Shown: positions 1-8,522 of the stretch, piece after piece
Layout: the number at the start of each line of letters is the position of its first letter
Numbering within the stretch: the first letter of the stretch is position 1
Origin: an uncultured Actinomycetota bacterium
Lineage (GTDB): Bacteria; Actinomycetota; Actinomycetes; Propionibacteriales; Nocardioidaceae
NCBI GenBank assembly: GCA_963801125.1
Contig: CAWDDL010000014.1
Coordinates: forward strand, 1,209-65,208
DNA: 64,000 bases
Direction of reading: 5' to 3'
Program-made: the position numbers and the translations under genes
The notes under the pieces: generated by a model
Databases searched by the model: none
What the model saw: only the letters and a program-made list of their open reading frames with translations
What the model was told of the DNA's origin: nothing

Positions 1-197
1 AGGAGGGCATCTCCCAGGAGAACGCGAAGAAGATCGGCAAGCTCATCCGCGACGAGGCGCCCAAGGGCGTCAAGGTCCAGGTGCAAGGCGACGAGCTGCG
101 GGTGTCCAGCAAGAAGCGCGACGACCTGCAGGCGGTCATCGCCCTGGTCAAGGGCCAGGACTACGACTTCGCCGTGCAGTTCACCAACTACCGCTGA
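1..197 (+). CDS. yajQ: YajQ-family (UPF0234) nucleotide-binding protein, C-terminal fragment (5' end outside window)
   Basis: Frame 3 reads [64 protein letters not shown], with TGA at 195-197. This resembles the conserved YajQ C-terminal half as I remember it. Confidence 0.7.
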   Translation, partial: EGISQENAKKIGKLIRDEAPKGVKVQVQGDELRVSSKKRDDLQAVIALVKGQDYDFAVQFTNYR

Positions 198-227
198 TCT
201 GGGCTGTTTGCGCTGGTCAGCGCGCTG

Positions 228-1087
228 TCACTGCTCGTCAGTCCGCACGGAGTCCGCAGGGAGTACGCCGACCTGCCGCATCAACTCGGTCGCGGCCGCT
301 CGGGTGCGGTCATCCGCGGTGGGCCACAGGTGGCTGTAGGTGTTGAGGGTGATTGAGGCACTGGCGTGGCCAAGTGCACGCTGGACGGTGACCACGTCGC
401 AGCCCGCGGCGATGAGGCCGCTGGCGTAGAAGTGGCGGAGGTCGTGGAGCGTGAACTCCTCGAGCCCGACCCTGGCTCGGATCAGGCGCCACTGGTGGCC
501 GGCGCTGTTGCGGCTGAGCAGCGCGTCGCCTGACTGGAAGAGCCAGCCCTCCTCGCCGTAGGTGCCCACCGATGTGAGGTGGTCGGTGAGCGTGTCGGTG
601 AGGCTGGTCGGGATCGGTACGTCGCGTTCCGAGCCCGCCTTCGGCGGGACGATCTGTTGCTTGCCGCGCACCTGGCCCTGGACCTGGCGGCGCACGGCGA
701 GGACGTGGCTGGTCGTCTCGATGTCGCTGGCCTGGATGGCTGCTGCCTCGCCGAGCCGCAGGCCAGCGAAGGCCAGAGCGCGACGAAGGCCTTGAACTCG
801 CGAGGCGCGGCACTGAGCGCCTTGGCGACCTGCTCGGGCGTCGGGATGGTCATCGCGACGTGGCGGCGGCGCTGCCTGGGGATCTTCACCCGTTCGGCGG
901 GGTTCGCCACGATGAGCCGGTCTCTCACCGCAGCGCGGAGCGCCATGTGGACGTAGTTGAACCTCGTCCGGATCGTCGAGGCGGCGAGCCCGTGCCGGCG
1001 GCTCTCGGCTGGCATCGTCATGGCCTTGATCCAGTGCTCGAGGTGCGCCCGCCTCAGCGTTCTCACGGGGACGTCGCCGAAGGTCAC
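228..1087 (-). pseudogene. Tyrosine recombinase / phage-type integrase, frameshifted and probably 5'-truncated
   Basis: The N-terminal SAM-like part (VRTLRRAHLEHWIKAM...STIRTRFNYVHMALRAAVRDRLIVANPAERVKIP...EFKAFVAL) lies in the frame of ORF 482..1087. The catalytic part (LAFAGLRLGEAAAIQ...LHDLRHFYASGLIAAGCDVVTVQRALGHASASITLNTYSHLW) lies in the frame of ORF 228..1157. The frames switch near 780-800. No arm-binding N-terminal region is present. Confidence 0.75.
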
Positions 1088-1119
1088 CGACCTCCTGACA
1101 GGTCGGCCGTGTCCCGGGT

Positions 1120-1268
1120 CGAGTGCTGTGCTCCGCCAGCGCGCTGCGGCCGCACATCAGTCCCTGCAGGAGTACCTGCGCACCCTGCCACTCATGAATC
1201 CAGTCGCCCCACGCTCGGAGGAGGTGCTGGTTCGAGTCTACGGGAGAGCGGTAGGCCGGTTTCTATAA
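1120..1268 (+). pseudogene. Remnant of a ribbon-helix-helix (VapB/FitA-like) antitoxin
   Basis: The tail of ORF 957..1268 reads AVLRQRAAAAHQSLQEYLRTL...PRSEEVLVRVYGR, which is RHH-antitoxin-like. It ends with TAA at 1266-1268, 8 nt before the PIN remnant. Its N-terminus is lost under the integrase remnant. Confidence 0.35.
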
Positions 1269-1276
1269 AAGCATCA

Positions 1277-1585
1277 GTGAGCGCGCTCCTGACAGAGCTG
1301 CTCATAATATATGCTAGCGTCATTGCCGTCGCGCTCGCTGATGACGGTAGGGATGGCGACAAGGCGCGGGCGAGGCTCCGTGGTGAACAGGTGGCAGCTC
1401 CTGAACTGGTCGACCTCGAGGTTGTCTCCGTACTTCGCGGGCAGACTCGCCGGAGGACATCTCGACATCTGGCGGCCGAGCTCGCGCTGGCCGAGCCTGA
1501 TAGATCTGCCGGTCCAGCGAGCACCCGCACCGGCCGTCTCCTGCACACGGTGCTGGGAGCTGAGGGCCAACCTCATAATCTATAG
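1277..1585 (+). pseudogene. PIN-domain (VapC-like) toxin remnant, multiply frameshifted
   Basis: From GTG 1277 it reads VSALLTELLIIYASVIAVALAD...APELVDLEVVSVLRGQ. A second frame (ORF 1311..1613) carries LIDLPVQR...RCWELRANL. Together these follow the usual VapC pattern, but the conserved Asp positions are replaced by IIY and the 3' third is missing. Confidence 0.45.
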
Positions 1586-1666
1586 GCAGCATGTCCCAGC
1601 TCGCCCAGGCTAGCTCGCCGCTCCGACGCGGCGATCGGACAGGCACGCCGCGAGCTGGTTGCCGCG

Positions 1667-2059
1667 GTGCGCGCAGCACACGCTGCCGGCAGGACTCAGG
1701 CCGAGATCGCCCACGAGATCGGCCGCAGTCAACCGGAGGTCTCGCGGCTGCTTCGCTTCCACGGCACCGGCCCACGGGCCTTGGCGCTGCGCAAGCACCG
1801 CGCCGAGGTCATCGGCCTGGTCAAGGAGGCCGGCGGTTCCAACGTGCGCGTCTTCGGTTCAGTTGCAACTGGCCAAGATCACGACGGATCCGACATCGAC
1901 CTACTCATCGACCTCCCGCCGACGATGGGGTTCCTCAAGGTCGCCCGACTCGAGCGACTTGTGTCGGAGGTCGTCGGCATACCTGTCGACATCGTGCCGA
2001 CGGACGACCTTCGGCCGGACTTCAAGGATCGAGTTCTCGGGGAGGCTGTGGCGCTATGA
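1667..2059 (+). CDS. HTH + nucleotidyltransferase (MNT-type) antitoxin of a HEPN/MNT pair
   Basis: 130 aa. It has an HTH (RTQAEIAHEIGRSQPEVSRLL) followed by a minimal nucleotidyltransferase signature, VFGSVATGQDHDGSDIDLLIDL. The stop overlaps the next start (ATGA at 2056-2059). The in-frame HTH-like sequence continues upstream of GTG 1667 with no start codon, so the 5' end may be truncated. Confidence 0.8.
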   Translation: MRAAHAAGRTQAEIAHEIGRSQPEVSRLLRFHGTGPRALALRKHRAEVIGLVKEAGGSNVRVFGSVATGQDHDGSDIDLLIDLPPTMGFLKVARLERLVSEVVGIPVDIVPTDDLRPDFKDRVLGEAVAL

Positions 2060-2415
2060 GCAGGACGATCGATGAGTTGCTCACTGAGGCGCTCGTCCAC
2101 TTCGACGCGGCCACCGAGTACGCCCAGATGACCGACCGGGACCCGCGGATGATCGTGGATGCCATGTCGATGAGACTCTTCGCCGGCTTGGAAACGTTGA
2201 CGCGGCTTCCGGATGACGTCGCGGACCGACTGTTCCCAGGCGTTTGGCCAGATATGCGGGGCCTTCGACACCGGATCGCCCACGGCTATGGCGCCATCAG
2301 TCTGACGCGGGTCCGCGAGACCGTCACCGGGGACCTGCCAGGAGCCATCGCGACGATTCGCCTGGAGCTGGAGCAGTCCGCACCCAGTCCGCAAGGAATC
2401 GAGGAGCAGCCGTGA
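2056..2415 (+). CDS. HEPN-domain (DUF86) toxin
   Basis: 119 aa in the frame of ORF 1591..2415, starting at ATG 2056. It carries an R-x4-H HEPN motif (RHRIAHGY). It is translationally coupled to the upstream MNT gene. Confidence 0.8.
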   Translation: MSRTIDELLTEALVHFDAATEYAQMTDRDPRMIVDAMSMRLFAGLETLTRLPDDVADRLFPGVWPDMRGLRHRIAHGYGAISLTRVRETVTGDLPGAIATIRLELEQSAPSPQGIEEQP

Positions 2416-2545
2416 CCGACCACCAGGCGGCGTACACCCAGACCGCCGATTCACGCTCAACCAGTCCTCACCGCGACTCACTGAACACCCCGACCCCGTC
2501 CACCAACTACCGCTGACCGCACCCGCGGCGGCAAGGAGCACCGGC

Positions 2546-2698
2546 ATGGATCTGTGGCAAGAGGCCTACGACGAGATGGAAGCAATCGACCCCATGCAGC
2601 TCACCCTCGAGCAGCGGCTGCGCCGTACCGAGGTGAAGGCGCTGCTGCTGATCGCCCAGGAGCTGAAGGCGCTTCGCGCGGGCCGCTTCGCGGAGTAG
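2546..2698 (+). CDS. Small hypothetical protein (50 aa)
   Basis: Translation is MDLWQEAYDEMEAIDPMQLTLEQRLRRTEVKALLLIAQELKALRAGRFAE*. An AAGGAG sits 7 nt upstream of ATG 2546. I recognise no family, and the ORF is below the track's size cut-off. Confidence 0.3.
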   Translation: MDLWQEAYDEMEAIDPMQLTLEQRLRRTEVKALLLIAQELKALRAGRFAE

Positions 2699-2725
2699 CA
2701 GAGCGGGCCCGGTCGGCGCCGCTGG

Positions 2726-3871
2726 TCAGAGGCCGAGGTCGCGGCCGATGAGCTCCTTCATGATCTCGTTGGTGCCGGCCCAGATCTTCGTGACGCGGGC
2801 ATCGCGCCAGGCACGCGCCACGCGGTACTCGTTCATGTAGCCGTAGCCGCCGTAGATCTGCACGCAGTGGTCGATGACCTCGTTCTGCACCTGGGCGGAC
2901 CACCACTTGGCCTTCGCGGCGTCGATCGGGGTGAGCTTCTTCTCCGTGTGCGCCATCACCGCCTGGTCGACGTAGGCCTGCGTGACCTCGACCCGGGTCA
3001 CCAGGTCCGCGAGCAGGAACTTGGTGTTCTGGAAGGCGCCGATCGGCTGGCCGAACGCCTTGCGCTCCTTGGCGTAGTCGATGGTCTCGGCGAGGATCTG
3101 GGCCGCGTGGCTGATGTTGGTGATCGCGGAGCCGAGCCGCTCCTGCGGCAGCCAGGTCATCATGTGGATGAAGCCCTCGTCGAGCTCGCCGATCACGTTG
3201 GCCGACGGCACCCGGACGTCCTCGAAGAACAGCTCCGCGGTGTCGGACTCGGGCTGACCGACCTTGTCGAGCTTGCGGCCGCGGGAGTAGCCGGGCATGT
3301 CGGCCTCGACGGCGAACAGGGTGATGCCGCGCGCCTTCTTCTCCGGGCTGGTGCGCGCGGCGACGATCACCAGGTCGGCGGAGTAGCCGTTGGTGATGAA
3401 CGTCTTGGAGCCGTTGAGCACCCAGCCGTCGCCGTCCCTGACCGCCGTCGTCTTCAGGTTCGCCAGGTCCGAGCCACCCGACGGCTCGGTCATCCCGATC
3501 GCGGTCAGGAGCTCGCCGGTGCAGAACCGGGGCAGCCAGCGCTCCTTCTGCTCGTCGGTGGTGAGGTGGACCAGGTACGGCGCGACGATGTCGGCGTGGA
3601 TCCCCACGCACGACGGCAGCGCCATGTTGACCTTGGCCAGCTCCTCGGTGAGGACGGCGTTGAAACGGTAGTCGCCGGCCTCGGCACCGCCGTACTGCTC
3701 GGGGATCTCCAGGCCGAGGAAGCCCTGCTTGCCGGCCTCGAGCCAGAGCTGGCGCGGCATCGACTTCTCCTCGATGTGCTGCTCGAGGTGCGGCTTGACC
3801 TGGCGGTCCAGGAACTCCGCCACGGAGGAGCGGAACGCCTCGTGGTCCTCGTCGTAGATGCTGCGGCGCAC
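2726..3871 (-). CDS. Acyl-CoA dehydrogenase
   Basis: 381 aa with an ACAD fold throughout (…GITLFAVE…, …YGGYGYMNEYRVARAWRDARVTKIWAGTNEIMKELIGRDLGL). Start is GTG. Confidence 0.9.
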   Translation of the reverse strand: MRRSIYDEDHEAFRSSVAEFLDRQVKPHLEQHIEEKSMPRQLWLEAGKQGFLGLEIPEQYGGAEAGDYRFNAVLTEELAKVNMALPSCVGIHADIVAPYLVHLTTDEQKERWLPRFCTGELLTAIGMTEPSGGSDLANLKTTAVRDGDGWVLNGSKTFITNGYSADLVIVAARTSPEKKARGITLFAVEADMPGYSRGRKLDKVGQPESDTAELFFEDVRVPSANVIGELDEGFIHMMTWLPQERLGSAITNISHAAQILAETIDYAKERKAFGQPIGAFQNTKFLLADLVTRVEVTQAYVDQAVMAHTEKKLTPIDAAKAKWWSAQVQNEVIDHCVQIYGGYGYMNEYRVARAWRDARVTKIWAGTNEIMKELIGRDLGL

Positions 3872-4049
3872 GGTTCACCTCACGTTACTGGTCGGTCACT
3901 TGAGGACATCCTCGCAGCCGACGGCCCGGCTGCCTACCGATCCGGGACGAAGGTCACATCCGTCGCCTCAGGCGTGCGGCCCGCCCCCGCGGGGTAGGAG
4001 ACAGCCACGCCGGGGGCGAGTGAGGACCTGGGCAAGGGAGAGGGCACGC

Positions 4050-5105
4050 GTGGACTGGGAGCAGCAGCTGAACGTGTCGGTGAAGGCCGCACTGGCCGCG
4101 GCGCTGGCCTGGTTGGCGGTGCAGCCGATGTGGGGCGTCGCCGACCGCTACCCCTACTACGCCCCGCTCGGCGCGGTCATCGCCGTGACATCGACCGTCG
4201 CGGGGTCGGTCCGCGAGTCGCTGCAGGGCCTGGCCGCAATCCTCACCGGGGCGACCCTGGCTTTGATCGTGATGCAGGGCGAGCTGCCCGTGGTGGCCGA
4301 CATCGCCCTGGTGGTGGCGACCGGAACGGCGATCTCGGGCTGGCGGCACTACGGAAGCAAGGCCAGCTGGATCCCCGTCACCGGGCTCTTCGTGCTGATC
4401 ATCGGCCGCGGCGACGCGATCGACTACGTGATCGCCTACCTAGGCCTGACCAGCCTCGGCGCCGTCATCGGGATCACGCTCAACGTGGCCTTCCCGCCGC
4501 TGGCCCTGAAGCCGATGAGCAACTCGGTGACCCGGCTGCGCGGCATCCTGGCCGACCAGCTCGACGAGCTGGCGGACGGCCTGACCCGAGAGACGCCCCT
4601 CACCGCCGAGCAGTGGGAGCAGCGCAGGCACGAGATCCGGCCCACGCTGGAGGAGATGCAGCGGATCGTGGCGCACACGACCGATGGGCGGCGAGCCAAC
4701 TGGCGGGCTCGCCGGTGGAGCGACCACGCCGAGCAGCGTTACCAGCAGGCACGGGCACTGCAACAGGTCGCCTTCCTGATCGAGGACATGACCGCCCTGG
4801 TGGTGGACCAGGAGCGCGCCGATCGCGAGGCCGTGGCGCTCGGCCCCGAGGTGAGGCCTCATGCCGCGCGGGCGCTGGTCTGCCTCGCCGAGGCGCTCCG
4901 CTCCGTGGAGGCCGAGACGGCCGACCCCGACCGCCTGCGCGCAGCGGACCGGGCGATTGTCGGGCTGGCGGAGGCGATCCGAGAAGCCCGCCAGCGCTCG
5001 AGGACGGAGATGTTTGCGGCAGGGACGCTGGTCAGCGGTGCCCGCCGGACGCTTGCGTCGCTGACGCCCGAGGAGCTCCGTGGCCGGATCCCGTCCGACT
5101 GGTGA
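4050..5105 (+). CDS. FUSC / aromatic-acid-exporter-family membrane protein
   Basis: Starts at GTG 4050 with GGGAGAGGG upstream. The N-terminal half is hydrophobic (KAALAAALAWLAVQP..YYAPLGAVIAVTSTV..) and the C-terminal half is a long helical cytoplasmic region. The first 64 codons of ORF 3858..5105 are R/P-rich and overlap the ACAD start. Confidence 0.6.
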   Translation: MDWEQQLNVSVKAALAAALAWLAVQPMWGVADRYPYYAPLGAVIAVTSTVAGSVRESLQGLAAILTGATLALIVMQGELPVVADIALVVATGTAISGWRHYGSKASWIPVTGLFVLIIGRGDAIDYVIAYLGLTSLGAVIGITLNVAFPPLALKPMSNSVTRLRGILADQLDELADGLTRETPLTAEQWEQRRHEIRPTLEEMQRIVAHTTDGRRANWRARRWSDHAEQRYQQARALQQVAFLIEDMTALVVDQERADREAVALGPEVRPHAARALVCLAEALRSVEAETADPDRLRAADRAIVGLAEAIREARQRSRTEMFAAGTLVSGARRTLASLTPEELRGRIPSDW

Positions 5106-5248
5106 TCCCACCCGCACGCCTCGTACCGCAGCAGCCGGTCCGGTGGTGTGCTGAGGCCGGCTGCCGGGAGAGGGTACGACGGCCGGGGCGCGAATCGACG
5201 ACTACCTGGCCCGGGCTCGCAGCGGGCTGGACCGGGTGCGTCCCGGAG

Positions 5249-6922
5249 TCACCAGCGGACCCGCGCCCACACCGTCTTGCCCTCGAGCTCCTCGCGGACG
5301 CCCCACTCGTCGCACACCGCGTCGACCAGCCGGAGCCCACGACCGCTGGTGGCGTCGACGGGGGCGTCGTCGAGCGACGGGAGACGGTGTCCACTGTCGA
5401 AGACCTCGACGAACAGCGACCCGTCGGCGGCCTCGAGCGTGACGCGGACCGCCCCCTCCCCCTGGCTGATCGCGTTGGTCACCAGCTCGGAGATCACCAG
5501 GCGGGCCACGTCCCGCGCCGGCTCCGGAACCTCCGATCCGGCCAGCCAGCCCTCGGCCCAGGACCGCGCCAGGGGAACCGACCGTGGCTGCGCGGGCAGC
5601 GACCGCTGGACCCGGCTGGTCGCGGTGACCGCGACCTCCGGGATCCGTGCGGCGAGGACCACGACGTCGTCGCCGCGACTACCCGCAGGCAGCAGCTCCA
5701 GGGCGGTGTCCAGGACGCGAGCCGGGCCGACCCCGGACGGCAGGGTCTCCAGCAGTGCGCCGAGCAGGTCGATGCCCTCGTCGATGTCCCAGGTCCGGGT
5801 CTCGACCAGGCCGTCGGTGTAGAGCAACAGCACGCTGCCCGGAGGCAGGACGGTGCTGCGCTCCTCCCAGTGGGCACCGACCCCGAGGGGAGGTCCGGTC
5901 TCGACGTCGACCTGGTGAGCGACGCGCCGCCCGCCTTCCCCGGCCAGCACCAGCGGCGGCAGGTGCCCGGCGCACGCGACGGTGGCCAGCTGCCCCTGGG
6001 AGTCCAGGTGGATCACCAAGACGGTGGCCAGCAGGTCGCTGTCGAGCCGCTCGAGGTAGTCGGCGGTGCGGGCCAGCACCCCGGCCGGCGGGTGGCCCTC
6101 CGAGGCGGTGGCCCGGGCGACGGTGCGCAGCTGGCCCATCATCGCGGCGGCCTGGACATCGTGGCCCTGCACGTCACCGACGACGAGCACCACGCCGTCC
6201 TGCACCTCGATCGCGTCGAACCAGTCCCCGCCCACGTGCACGCCCGGGTCACCGGTGCGGTAGCGGGCAGCCAGCTCCACCGGACCTATCTGTCGGGGGA
6301 TCTTCGGCAGCAGGCTGCGCTGGAAAGTGAGGCCGAGGGCGCGTTCCTCGGCCAGCTCCTTCTCGCGCTGCTCGTCGAGCCGGCTGCGCTCGAGCGCGGT
6401 GCCGACGGTCCGGACCAGGACGTCGATGAGGTCCAGGTCGCTCTGCTCGGGGGACGTGGGCACGGGGTAGTACAGGGCGAACGTGCCGAGGACCCGCCCT
6501 CCCACGCCGACGATCGGGGTGGACCAGCACGCCTGCAGGCCCGCCGCCAGCGCGAGCTCGCGGAAGTCGTTCCACAGCGGGTCGGTGTTGATGTCGGTGA
6601 CGATCACCTGCCGCCGACGGAACGCCGCGGTCCCGCAGGAGCCGACCGCCGGCCCGATCTCGACCCCGTGGATGGCGGCGTTGTAGTCGCCCGGGAGGCT
6701 CGGCGCCGCGCCGTGCAGCAGGTGCTTGCCCGACTCGTCGACGAGCAGCACCGAGGCCAGCAGACCGCCCCTCGACACCCGTTCGACGACCCGGAGCAGC
6801 GCCTCGAGCGGCTCGGTGAGAGGCTGTCCGGCAGCGACGCCCGCGAGCAGGTCGAGCTGCGCCGCGAGCAGCTGGACGTCCCGTCCGTCGGCGCGGCGCG
6901 GGCGCAGCGAGGGCATAGTCAT
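5249..6922 (-). CDS. GAF - PP2C/SpoIIE phosphatase - HATPase (RsbW-like) fusion signalling protein
   Basis: 557 aa. It has a GAF-like N-terminus, a PP2C core (GGDWFDAI...VVGDVQGHDVQAAAMMGQLR...LLLYTDGLVE) and a C-terminal anti-sigma-kinase-like ATPase domain (RLVISELVTNAI...SGRGLRLVDAVCDEWGV). Confidence 0.85.
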   Translation of the reverse strand: MTMPSLRPRRADGRDVQLLAAQLDLLAGVAAGQPLTEPLEALLRVVERVSRGGLLASVLLVDESGKHLLHGAAPSLPGDYNAAIHGVEIGPAVGSCGTAAFRRRQVIVTDINTDPLWNDFRELALAAGLQACWSTPIVGVGGRVLGTFALYYPVPTSPEQSDLDLIDVLVRTVGTALERSRLDEQREKELAEERALGLTFQRSLLPKIPRQIGPVELAARYRTGDPGVHVGGDWFDAIEVQDGVVLVVGDVQGHDVQAAAMMGQLRTVARATASEGHPPAGVLARTADYLERLDSDLLATVLVIHLDSQGQLATVACAGHLPPLVLAGEGGRRVAHQVDVETGPPLGVGAHWEERSTVLPPGSVLLLYTDGLVETRTWDIDEGIDLLGALLETLPSGVGPARVLDTALELLPAGSRGDDVVVLAARIPEVAVTATSRVQRSLPAQPRSVPLARSWAEGWLAGSEVPEPARDVARLVISELVTNAISQGEGAVRVTLEAADGSLFVEVFDSGHRLPSLDDAPVDATSGRGLRLVDAVCDEWGVREELEGKTVWARVRW

Positions 6923-6964
6923 GGCCGACCGACTCTACGCCGAGGTCGCCCGGACTGACCACTT

Positions 6965-7002
6965 GGCGGCCGCCGGCACCCCCCGGTTCGGCCGCGGCCG
7001 CC
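6965..7002 (-). terminator. GC-rich hairpin downstream of nuoN (possible intrinsic terminator, no U-tract)
   Basis: Inverted repeat GGCGGCCGC (6965-6973) / GCGGCCGCC (6994-7002), located 39 nt after the nuoN stop. Confidence 0.35.
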
Positions 7003-7040
7003 CCGCGTGAGACCCCCCCTGAACCACGGACGAACCCGGG

Positions 7041-8522
7041 TCAGCCCAGGGCCAGCACCGGGTCGAGCAGCCATCCGGGCAGCACCGAGAAGACCAGGCC
7101 CGCCGTGAGGGTCATCCCGATCGCGATCGCCACCCCGTTCGGCACGTCGTACGTCGACGCCCCCTCGACCTCGGCGGGCCGGAACAGCTCGCGCAGCCAG
7201 AGCGCGTAGTAGACGAGCCCGATCGCCACGTTCACCGCCATCACGACCGCCAGCCAGGTCACCGGCCCGGCGACGGCGTCGAGCACGACCACCTTGGCGA
7301 GCAGCCCGACGATCCCCGGCGGAAGCCCCGCGAGCGCCACCAGCGCGAACGCCAGCGCCCAGCCCGCGCCGGGTTCCTCGCGGATCAGCCCCCGGTAGTC
7401 ACTCAGGCGCTGCGCCGGGTGCCGGGTGCCCACCACCGTGGCGACCGCGAACGCACCGAGGTTGATCACGGCGTAGACGGCGAGGTAGGCCGCCGACGCG
7501 GAGAGCGCCCCCGGAGCAGCAGCCGCGGCCCCGAACGGCACGAGCACGTAGCCGGCCTGCGCCACCGACGACCAGGCGAGCAGGCGTACGGCGTGCTGCT
7601 GCCGGAGCGCCAGCACGTTGCCCACCGTCATCGTCAGGGCGGCCAGCACCGCCATCAGCGGCGCCCACACGTCCGCGATCCCGGACAGCCCGTAGGACAG
7701 CACGAGCAGCAGCCCGACGAACCCGGCCGCCTTCGAGACCACCGAGAGGTACGCCGCCACCGCGACCGGAGCGCCGACGTAGGTGTCCGGCACCCACATG
7801 TGGAACGGCACGGCGGCCACCTTGAAGGCCAGCCCGACGATGGTCAGCAGCGCTGCGGCGACGAGCACCTGCCGGGGTGCTTCTCCCGCGGCGACGGCGG
7901 AGGCGATCTGGGCGAGGTGCACCGAACCGGTGGCGCCGTAGAGCAAGGAGACGCCCATCAGCATGACCGCGGTGGAGACCACCGAGACCAGGAAGAACTT
8001 CACCGCTGCCTCGGCGGCGCGGGTGTCGCCGCGCCGCAGCCCGGCCAGCGCGAAGGCCGGCAACGACACCACCTCGAGCGCGACGACCAGCGTGACCAGG
8101 TCGCGTGACGCCGCGATGGTCAGTGCGCCGGTGGCCGAGCAGAGCAGCAGGAAGTTCCACTCGCCCTGCGGCGTGCGACCGTCGCGGACCGCGGCCGTGC
8201 CCAGCAGGGCCACCACCGCCGTGCCGAACAGCGTGATCGCCCAGAACACCAGCGTGATCGGTTCGACGGTGAACGAGCAGGGCGCCGGACCCTGGAGCGG
8301 CTTCACCACGCAGAACGTGTTGCGCACCTCGTCGTGCAGGCTCGCGGCGAACCCCGCCGCGACGAGCACCGCGAGCACGGTGAGGGTGCCGGGCACCAGC
8401 GCCATCCGCAGTGAACGGGGCGGGCCGGCGAACGCGTCCACCAGCAGCACGACCACCGCACCCACCGCCAGGGTCAGCGGCGCCGCCACGGCAAGCCAGT
8501 CGACACTCTGCAGCGCGTCCAC
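7041..8522 (-). CDS. nuoN: NADH-quinone oxidoreductase subunit N
   Basis: 493 aa polytopic antiporter-like subunit. It is last in the nuo series, and its GTG start abuts the nuoM stop. Confidence 0.9.
   Translation of the reverse strand: MDALQSVDWLAVAAPLTLAVGAVVVLLVDAFAGPPRSLRMALVPGTLTVLAVLVAAGFAASLHDEVRNTFCVVKPLQGPAPCSFTVEPITLVFWAITLFGTAVVALLGTAAVRDGRTPQGEWNFLLLCSATGALTIAASRDLVTLVVALEVVSLPAFALAGLRRGDTRAAEAAVKFFLVSVVSTAVMLMGVSLLYGATGSVHLAQIASAVAAGEAPRQVLVAAALLTIVGLAFKVAAVPFHMWVPDTYVGAPVAVAAYLSVVSKAAGFVGLLLVLSYGLSGIADVWAPLMAVLAALTMTVGNVLALRQQHAVRLLAWSSVAQAGYVLVPFGAAAAAPGALSASAAYLAVYAVINLGAFAVATVVGTRHPAQRLSDYRGLIREEPGAGWALAFALVALAGLPPGIVGLLAKVVVLDAVAGPVTWLAVVMAVNVAIGLVYYALWLRELFRPAEVEGASTYDVPNGVAIAIGMTLTAGLVFSVLPGWLLDPVLALG

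Noticed and set aside
198-227. Searched for a tRNA or tmRNA att site between yajQ and the integrase remnant
   Set aside because: Only 30 nt are available and no cloverleaf-compatible sequence is present. No tRNA-like sequence was seen anywhere in the window by eye.
4130-6958. 942-aa plus-strand ORF spanning the FUSC gene tail and the whole GAF-PP2C-HATPase gene
   Set aside because: The translation is extreme Arg/Pro/Gly/Ala low-complexity sequence. It lies out of frame with, or antisense to, genes that have clear domain signatures. This is a typical open frame in ~70% GC DNA.
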